The position numbers and the translations under genes were made by a program. A DNA stretch of 32,000 bases from the NCBI RefSeq assembly GCF_000023965.1, contig NC_013202.1, positions 660,001-692,000 on the forward strand, written 5' to 3'. Source of the stretch: Halomicrobium mukohataei DSM 12286 (GTDB lineage Archaea > Halobacteriota > Halobacteria > Halobacteriales > Haloarculaceae). Below the pieces are notes generated by a model. The model had not been told where the DNA came from, searched no databases, and saw only the letters and a list, made by a program, of their open reading frames with translations. Shown piece by piece: positions 26,637-32,000 of this stretch (its first letter is position 1; each line of letters starts with the position of its first letter).

Positions 26637-27224
26637 CTAGAAATCACCGAGCCGCCGTTGTCCACTGTCCTCGTCCGTGTAGTCGGCGGCCGTCGCGATG
26701 GCGTCGTCGAAGGTGTCTGCCTGACTCCGGTCGTACAGCGTCGCCGCCGGATGGACCGAGACCAGCAGTTCGCGGCGCTGGCCGCCGATCTCGGGGTCGA
26801 ACACGTCGCCGGCCTCGCTCGTGACGGCCACGTCTCGTTCCAGCAGATGCTCGGCCGGCACCTTCCCCAGGGTCACGATCAGCTCCGGGTCGACCAGTTC
26901 GATCTCGCGTTCGAGATAGGGGCGGCAGTTGGCCAGCTCCGCCTGCCGGGGGTCGCGGTTGTCGGGCGGGCGACAGCGCACGCAGTTGGTGATGCGTACG
27001 TCGCCCCGATCGAGCCCCGCCTCGCGCAGGGCGTCGTCCAGTACGTCGCCGCTGCGACCGACGAACGGCTCGCCGTCGGCGTCTTCCTGCGCGCCGGGGG
27101 CCTCGCCGACGAACAGGAGGTCTGCCTCCGGCGGTCCGGTGCCGTCGACGATCCGAGATCGGGAGTCGACGAGGTCGCCACAGCGCTCACAGTCGGTCAC
27201 CTGAAGCCCGTCCATCTGCTCCAT
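26637..27224 (-). CDS. udg: uracil-DNA glycosylase, family 4
   Basis: CERCGDL.., LLFVGEAPGAQEDADGEPFVGRSG, ITNCVRCRPP.NR.P...E...C and SVHPAA are family-4 UDG motifs, including the Fe-S cysteines. Confidence 0.85.
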   Translation of the reverse strand: MEQMDGLQVTDCERCGDLVDSRSRIVDGTGPPEADLLFVGEAPGAQEDADGEPFVGRSGDVLDDALREAGLDRGDVRITNCVRCRPPDNRDPRQAELANCRPYLEREIELVDPELIVTLGKVPAEHLLERDVAVTSEAGDVFDPEIGGQRRELLVSVHPAATLYDRSQADTFDDAIATAADYTDEDSGQRRLGDF

Positions 27225-27263
27225 ACTCGACTCTGTGGCGGGACGGACAAAAGCGCTCGTCGT

Positions 27264-27707
27264 TCAGACGCCCGCCACACCGAGAGCGGCGGCGACGATG
27301 GCCACGAGAGAGCCGGCCACGGCTAGCACGAGCCAGGACCCGCCGCCCTCGGGCGGGACGAGGACCGCCCGCTCGGGGTCGGCGGCGTCGTAGTGGACCG
27401 TCACCTCGGCGTCCTCGTGGAACTCGCCGAGCAACACGGTGCCGCCGCGGCGCGAGAGCGGATCGGTGTTGGCTCGCACGCGGTCGTGTCGGTAAGTCAC
27501 CCCGTCGACCACGTACTCGTAGCTGACCGCGGGCGTGTAGTCCCCGCGCCGGGCACTCGTCTCGGCGTCGAGGTCCGACTCGACGACCGTGCCGATCGCC
27601 GTCGCGTCGTAGGGGTCGCGTAGCGCACGTCGAGAGTACCGGACCAGTCCGTACCCGGCGACGGCGACTCCCGCGGTAAAGAGTAGCAACAACGGAACCG
27701 GTGTCAT
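27264..27707 (-). CDS. DUF3592-like membrane protein
   Basis: N-terminal TM, then a beta-rich middle with GTVVES....YTPAVSYEYVVDGVTY, then a C-terminal TM. This architecture is typical of DUF3592. Confidence 0.6.
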   Translation of the reverse strand: MTPVPLLLLFTAGVAVAGYGLVRYSRRALRDPYDATAIGTVVESDLDAETSARRGDYTPAVSYEYVVDGVTYRHDRVRANTDPLSRRGGTVLLGEFHEDAEVTVHYDAADPERAVLVPPEGGGSWLVLAVAGSLVAIVAAALGVAGV

Positions 27708-27770
27708 ACGAGACTGTCGGTCGGGACGGCGGTATGACTACCGATCGGCAAAAACGGAGTGAAGAGCCGA

Positions 27771-27920
27771 TCAGGCCGAGCGGGGTTCGCTGGCCTTCGG
27801 TCGGAGCTTCTTGTAGCCACACTTGCGGCACTTCTCTGTGCGGGCTGGGTTGCGAGCGTTACACCGCATGCAGATCTGCTTGTTGAGGAGTCGCTCGGAC
27901 GCTTCTTCGAACTTAGCCAT
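27771..27920 (-). CDS. rpl40e: 50S ribosomal protein L40e
   Basis: Not in the ORF track (49 aa). Hand translation: [49 protein letters not shown]. The CxxC...CxxC zinc ribbon and the NKxICMRCxARN motif belong to L40e. A TATA-like CGCTTAACC lies about 27 nt upstream (27943-27951). Confidence 0.85.
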   Translation of the reverse strand: MAKFEEASERLLNKQICMRCNARNPARTEKCRKCGYKKLRPKASEPRSA

Positions 27921-27994
27921 ACGCGTCCATTCCCGTCGGCGCGGTTAAGCGTTTCCGAATCGGCTCGCGTGCGTCCCGACGACGGCCGCGCGTA

Positions 27995-28366
27995 TCAGAC
28001 CAGCCCGAAGATGTTGTTGAACGCGAACCCGAGCACTCCGGCGAAGGCAAAGTGGAGAGCAACGAGGGGCATCGCGGAGCGCCACTTGAGCCGGTAGACG
28101 TAGCTGATCGAGAACAGATCGGTCGCGAGCGTGGCGGCGATGGTCACCAGGACGAGCAGGCCAGTGCCGGTGTACTGCTGGAGGAGCAGGGAGACGACCG
28201 CCGGTGCGATCGCCGCGTAGGCAGCCCGCTGGCTCGGGACCTCGCCGATGAAGAACACGGCCGCCAGGTGGAGGGTCACGCCGTAGAACAGCCAGGTCAC
28301 GAGCAGCGTCACGGCGATCGCTACCAGCCCGCCGCCAGCGATACCCGTCTGCAGGAGGCCGAACAT
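27995..28366 (-). CDS. hypothetical membrane protein (123 aa, about 4 TM)
   Basis: Continuous hydrophobic helices. GC3-rich. No family recognised. Confidence 0.55.
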   Translation of the reverse strand: MFGLLQTGIAGGGLVAIAVTLLVTWLFYGVTLHLAAVFFIGEVPSQRAAYAAIAPAVVSLLLQQYTGTGLLVLVTIAATLATDLFSISYVYRLKWRSAMPLVALHFAFAGVLGFAFNNIFGLV

Positions 28367-28444
28367 AGCAGACGGTACGGCTGGCCCGCTAAAGGATGCA
28401 TCGAAGGCGCGCCGGCCAGAGAGAAGACGAGAGGCGTCGTCGCG

Positions 28445-29005
28445 CTATTCCAGCAGGCCGAGGTCTTCGAGTCGGGAGACGATCTTGTCGACGGCCTCCT
28501 TGGCGTCGTCGGGCTCTTTCCCGCCCGTGATGACGAGTTTCCCCGAACCGAACAGCAGGGCGACCACGTCGGGGTCGTCGAGGCGGTAGACCAGCCCCGG
28601 GAACTGCTCGGGCTCGTACTCGATGTTCTCCAGCCCCAGCCCGATCGCGATCGCGTTGAGGTTCAGCGTCCGACCGAGGTCGGCCGACGTGACGATGTTC
28701 TGGACGACGATCTCCGGGTCGTCGTCGACCTGGATGTTCAGATCGCGGAGCTTGTCGAAGACGATGCGTAGACTCTGGTGGACGTCGTCGGTGCTTTTCG
28801 CACCGGTACAGACGATCTTACCCGATCGGAAGATCAGCGCTGCCGACTTGGGGTCCTGCGTCCGATAGACCAGCCCCGGGAACTGCTCGGGATCGTAGTC
28901 CGCCCCTTCCAGGTCCATCGCCACGCTCTGGAGGTCGAGTTCTTGCCCAATGCCAGTCGAGGCGACGACGTTTTCGATATTGATGGTTTCCTTGGGGTCA
29001 ACCAT
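28445..29005 (-). CDS. tbp: TATA-box-binding protein
   Basis: Two direct repeats: IENVVASTGIGQELDLQSVA..EQFPGLVYR..SAALIFRSGKIVCTGAKS and VQNIVTSADLGRTLNLNAIA..EQFPGLVYRL..VVALLFGSGKLVITGGK. Confidence 0.95.
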   Translation of the reverse strand: MVDPKETINIENVVASTGIGQELDLQSVAMDLEGADYDPEQFPGLVYRTQDPKSAALIFRSGKIVCTGAKSTDDVHQSLRIVFDKLRDLNIQVDDDPEIVVQNIVTSADLGRTLNLNAIAIGLGLENIEYEPEQFPGLVYRLDDPDVVALLFGSGKLVITGGKEPDDAKEAVDKIVSRLEDLGLLE

Positions 29006-29032
29006 GTCTCGACTTAAAACACGTATTTAAGA

Positions 29033-29042
29033 CTTATAAAGG
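29033..29042 (-). promoter_or_regulatory. TATA box of tbp
   Basis: The reverse strand reads CCTTTATAAG, about 28-37 nt upstream of the ATG at 29005. A second A/T box, CTTAAATAC, lies at 29023-29031. Confidence 0.5.
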
Positions 29043-29093
29043 TTGATGGCATGGACTGACAGATCCCACACTGATACGGAACGTTGTCGTTGC

Positions 29094-29133
29094 GTACCGG
29101 TGAGCGTCTACCCGTCCTAACGCTCACCGGTAC
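29094..29133. other. perfect 14-bp inverted repeat (hairpin, 12-nt loop) in the tbp/trm11 intergenic region
   Basis: gtaccggtgagcgt - ctacccgtccta - acgctcaccggtac. Confidence 0.7.
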
Positions 29134-29237
29134 ATCGCTACAACCGTCCGTATGGAGCGGTCACACGGCCGTCTCGTCGTCGCTTCGAAGGCGAACGGAT
29201 CGGCACCCTGAAACCCCACTGGCCCCCACCGTCGGGC

Positions 29238-30242
29238 GTGTACGTCCTCGAACTCGCCGGCCAGGACGATCGCTTCGCAGCCAGGGAAGCGGCCAGCGCG
29301 GCGACCGACGTGAGCCTGCTCGCGCCCGGACTGGCGACCGCACGCGGGATCACCGACCGGGTGCGCACCCTCGCGTTCACGCGGCGGGCCAGCGAGCTGC
29401 TCGCCACCTGCGAGCCGACCGTCGACAGCGCCAGCGCGACCCTCGACGCCGCAAACGTCGACCGCGCCGGCAGCGTCGCCGTCCGCGCGGTCGACGTTCG
29501 GTCGACGACCGGGATCGACACCGAGCGCGCCGAGCGCGAACTCGGACAGCGACTGGTCGATCGGGGCTTCACGGTCGACCTCGACGATCCGGACCACGAA
29601 CTCCGGGCGCTGTTCTCGGCGGGCCACCAGCAGGCCACCGACGCCAGCGAAGTCGCCGACGACGCCGACGGCGTCTGTGCGCTTGGCTGGCTGGCGGCCA
29701 CCTCCCGCCGAGACTACGGCGAGCGCGCGCCGATGGACCGACCCTTCACCCAGCCCGGCAGCATGGACCCGATGGAGGCCCGCGCGATCGTCAACATCGC
29801 GGGCGCACGTCCCGGTCGCCGCGTCGTCGACCCGATGTGTGGCACCGGCGGCGTCCTCATCGAGGCCGGCCTGGCGGGGGCCGACGTGGTCGGGACCGAC
29901 GCACAGGAAAAGATGGTCCGCGGCGCGCGCGAGAACCTCGACACGTTCCTCGACGACTTCGCCGTCGCCCGTGCCGACGCCACCGCTCTCCCGCTCCGGG
30001 ACGACGCCGCCGACGCCGTCGTCTTCGACGCCCCCTACGGCCGCCAGTCGAAGATCGAAGGCGAACTGGACGCCGTCGTTTCGGGTGCGCTGGCGGAGGC
30101 CCGCCGGATCGCTCCGCGGGCGGTGGTCGTCGCCGACCGGTCGTGGGAAGCAGCCGCCGAGGAAGCCGGCTGGACGGTCGAGGACCGCTTCGAACGGCGG
30201 GTGCATCGCTCGCTCGTGCGCCACGTCCACGTGCTTGAGTAA
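29238..30242 (+). CDS. trm11: THUMP-domain tRNA (guanine(10)-N2)-methyltransferase (archaeal Trm11/Trm-G10 type)
   Basis: GTG start. VYVLELAGQDDRFAAREA.. resembles an N-terminal ferredoxin-like/THUMP region. SAM motif I is VVDPMCGTGGVLIEAG and motif IV is VVFDAPYG. Confidence 0.8.
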   Translation: MYVLELAGQDDRFAAREAASAATDVSLLAPGLATARGITDRVRTLAFTRRASELLATCEPTVDSASATLDAANVDRAGSVAVRAVDVRSTTGIDTERAERELGQRLVDRGFTVDLDDPDHELRALFSAGHQQATDASEVADDADGVCALGWLAATSRRDYGERAPMDRPFTQPGSMDPMEARAIVNIAGARPGRRVVDPMCGTGGVLIEAGLAGADVVGTDAQEKMVRGARENLDTFLDDFAVARADATALPLRDDAADAVVFDAPYGRQSKIEGELDAVVSGALAEARRIAPRAVVVADRSWEAAAEEAGWTVEDRFERRVHRSLVRHVHVLE

Positions 30243-30248
30243 GCGAGC

Positions 30249-30275
30249 AGCCCGACGATACGATCGGGCTGTTTG
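30249..30275 (+). terminator. stem-loop followed by a T run, directly after the trm11 stop
   Basis: agcccga-cgatacga-tcgggct followed by gtttg, starting 7 nt after the TAA. Confidence 0.35.
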
Positions 30276-30350
30276 GGCCAACCGTCAACAGCGAGTCCCG
30301 CTTTCGGAACGTCCCCGCCAGCGCGAGCACCAATTTGTGGAACCGTCCGC

Positions 30351-30692
30351 TCAGTCACCTTGGAAGAGATTTACTAGAGTGGTCCCAGCCCACCACAGAG
30401 AAACGAGAGCGACCAGACCGCCAAACCAAGCAGGGATGTCGGTGCTGATGAACATAACGGCTCCTCCGGCGATCCCGATGGCGAAGATCCCCAGCTGAAC
30501 GTACCGTATGTCGTTATTCGTGGTATCGACCGTCGCGAAGGCCAGGAAAACGAGCGTGACGACTACAGGGCCGATAACTGACGTGAAAACATCTCCCGTT
30601 GTCAGATACAGAACGATCGCGACTGCCGGGATAATCATCACTTCCTTCAGTTCTACTCGCTGAACGAGTCTTCCGATAGCAGATTTTACCAT
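30351..30692 (-). CDS. hypothetical 4-TM membrane protein (113 aa from the ATG; the track start 30707 is a GTG)
   Basis: MVKSAIGRLVQRVELKEVMIIPAVAIVLYLTTGDVFTSVIGPVVVTLVFLAFATV...YVQLGIFAIGIAGGAVMFI..IPAWFGGLVALVSLWWAG. Same strand as, and downstream of, the halocin-like gene. Confidence 0.5.
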   Translation of the reverse strand: MVKSAIGRLVQRVELKEVMIIPAVAIVLYLTTGDVFTSVIGPVVVTLVFLAFATVDTTNNDIRYVQLGIFAIGIAGGAVMFISTDIPAWFGGLVALVSLWWAGTTLVNLFQGD

Positions 30693-30710
30693 ATCGATCG
30701 TTCTCACCCA

Positions 30711-30721
30711 ACATAAATATC
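30711..30721 (-). promoter_or_regulatory. TATA box for the 4-TM gene
   Basis: The reverse strand reads GATATTTATGT, centred about 24 nt upstream of the ATG at 30692. Confidence 0.4.
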
Positions 30722-30817
30722 ATTTTCGGGATAAATGCTATCTGTCATTTATTACTGATTCTCTTTTTTGTCCGGGGTATGAAAAATAATCCGGTCAGTG
30801 GTCGATAATGCTACCTG

Positions 30818-31822
30818 TCAGCAGCCGAACGCAGCTTCGCAAATAATTACTGGCGCCGCTGCACAGAGGGCCGCTCCTTGGACAGTGGTCACGTAGCGAC
30901 AGAATACGCCACAGGCTGCTGCCAGTACTGGATAGGTCGACGTGAGCGGTAGACACCGAGTCGCACAACCGTAGAACCCAAGCTGGCCAACGCCAGCGCA
31001 GATCGCGGGAATGACCGCCTTGCAAGTTGTACAGCCAATTTCTCCGTGGATGCTCTGTGGGCTGACATGGTTGTGATCTCGGTAGCTCTCAACCACCTCG
31101 GGCGTGACGCTGGCTGGGAGGTCCGTACTCTGAGCACTTATTGTATCGACTGACGGAGCCTCGGGCAGTTGTCCGGTTCGTTGACTCTGGACGATTCCGT
31201 TACCCTCTTGATGGCTGAAAAACTCATATGCAACTCGGCTCTCCGAGTCGTCGTCGGGTCGCCCACTTTTGGATGAACGGCTGACACTCGTTGGATCATC
31301 GTGAAGGGTGACCGCACTGGCAGAGACTGGGACTCGACCGGTTCCGTCGCTGGACTGGACTGAGAGGCCCGAGTCGATCTCGGTGTCCGGTTCGTCAACC
31401 ACCCCAGCGAAGAGAACACCGAGATCCTTCGGAGTGGTATTCTCCCATGAGGCGTCGGGTTCCTTCAGGAGTGAGACAGCTAGTGACGGATTAAGTGAGT
31501 TCATCCTTTTGTGCTGGCTCTCAATTTCGATCGACAGGGGGAGCACGTCTTCCACTGTCCGTCCCGTCTTTTCACTCACCGTCTGGCGGAGTTCGCTAAG
31601 CGCGTCAGAGTTCTTGATGACGGAGAGATCGTCGTGAGCCGCCGAACGAAGCTTAAATTTGGAGCCTGCGAATTCCTCACTAGCCTTGCCGGGCCCAGAT
31701 GAGCCTCGGTCCGCTGTGGCGATACCGACACCACCGAACAGACTAGCACCGGCTGCAACTCCCCGAAGCATTTTCCGCCGATTCATGTCACTGCTAGCAC
31801 CGATTTCATTGTCAAACGGCAT
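30818..31822 (-). CDS. halocin C8-like bacteriocin precursor (Tat signal, pro-region, 10-Cys C-terminal peptide)
   Basis: SSDMNRRKMLRGVAAGASLFGGVGIATA is a twin-arginine leader. The C-terminal 72 aa are GCTTCKAVIPAICAGVGQLGFYGCATRCLPLTSTYPVLAAACGVFCRYVTTVQGAALCAAAPVIICEAAFGC. They are hydrophobic, contain 10 Cys, and the last residue is Cys. The opening G-C-x2-C-K-x6-C, a central C-x13-C and the closing C-x5-C-end match the halocin C8 pattern as I recall it. Confidence 0.75.
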   Translation of the reverse strand: MPFDNEIGASSDMNRRKMLRGVAAGASLFGGVGIATADRGSSGPGKASEEFAGSKFKLRSAAHDDLSVIKNSDALSELRQTVSEKTGRTVEDVLPLSIEIESQHKRMNSLNPSLAVSLLKEPDASWENTTPKDLGVLFAGVVDEPDTEIDSGLSVQSSDGTGRVPVSASAVTLHDDPTSVSRSSKSGRPDDDSESRVAYEFFSHQEGNGIVQSQRTGQLPEAPSVDTISAQSTDLPASVTPEVVESYRDHNHVSPQSIHGEIGCTTCKAVIPAICAGVGQLGFYGCATRCLPLTSTYPVLAAACGVFCRYVTTVQGAALCAAAPVIICEAAFGC

Positions 31823-31844
31823 GCGTTCATATGTTATACACCCG

Positions 31845-31856
31845 CTATTTAAAAAT
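31845..31856 (-). promoter_or_regulatory. TATA box of the halocin-like gene
   Basis: The reverse strand reads CATTTTTAAATAG, centred about 28 nt upstream of the ATG at 31822 (leaderless spacing). Confidence 0.5.
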
Positions 31857-32000
31857 GTTGGTTCAAAATATTAAGTATAATTAATAATCTCTATCTGCTA
31901 TTTATCATTATCTTATTCTGTACAGAATATATTTATACAAGTGCGTACGTGTTGGCCAAAAATTTCGTTGCAATGTCTGTTACTTGTCGTTCCTCTCCTG

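Larger units (their letters stand above)
30345..32000. other. AT-rich islet 3 (continues beyond the right window edge)
   Basis: Hand count of 31441-31500 gives 32/60 G+C. The intergenic stretches 30708-30817 and 31823-32000 are visibly A/T-dominated. Confidence 0.6.

Noticed and set aside
31973-32000. Possible plus-strand gene starting at the ATG at 31973 (MSVTCRSSP...), divergent from the halocin-like gene.
   Set aside because: Only 9 codons are visible before the window ends, and the nearest A/T box (31931-31939) is about 38 nt away. This cannot be supported from the window.

Overview
High-GC haloarchaeal chromosomal segment. Evidence: acidic proteins, Tat and PGF-CTERM signals, thermosome, TBP, aIF-1A, L40e. 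Hand counts give 45/60 G+C at 9001-9060 against 16/60 at 7621-7680. Most of the window is housekeeping. From left to right: purA (partial), DUF1684, tRNA-Gly(CCC), an RNase H-like gene, a cupin, thermosome, the conserved aIF1A-Rio1-KH(Dim2) cluster, SCP2, a DUF460/COG2433 protein, a MATE exporter, the divergent lrp-glnA pair, PAP2, trm1, a SWIM protein, a 7TM-PAS histidine kinase, hisH, a family-4 UDG, L40e, tbp and trm11. Many long Arg-rich ORFs in the track are antisense or N-terminal-extension artefacts of the high GC, and I trimmed starts accordingly. Four parts are worth a second look. (1) Three short AT-rich islets sit between core genes, and every gene in them has a canonical TATA box about 25-28 nt upstream of its ATG. 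One islet carries a halocin C8-type precursor (Tat signal, 10-Cys C-terminal peptide) plus a 4-TM partner. Another carries an unrelated Tat precursor with the same overall layout (acidic pro-region, Gly-rich hydrophobic two-Cys C-terminus) plus a 60-aa 2-TM partner. I flag that second locus as a candidate undescribed halocin/immunity-like system. (2) A two-gene operon encodes a Tat-secreted PhoX/DUF839 enzyme with cohesin-like and dockerin modules, followed by a cohesin-like PGF-CTERM surface anchor. (3) A 55-bp tandem array abuts tRNA-Gly and reiterates the first 11 nt of the tRNA. (4) A 48-bp in-frame tandem repeat multiplies the N-box of the histidine kinase. No CRISPR array, rRNA, transposase or integrase was seen.
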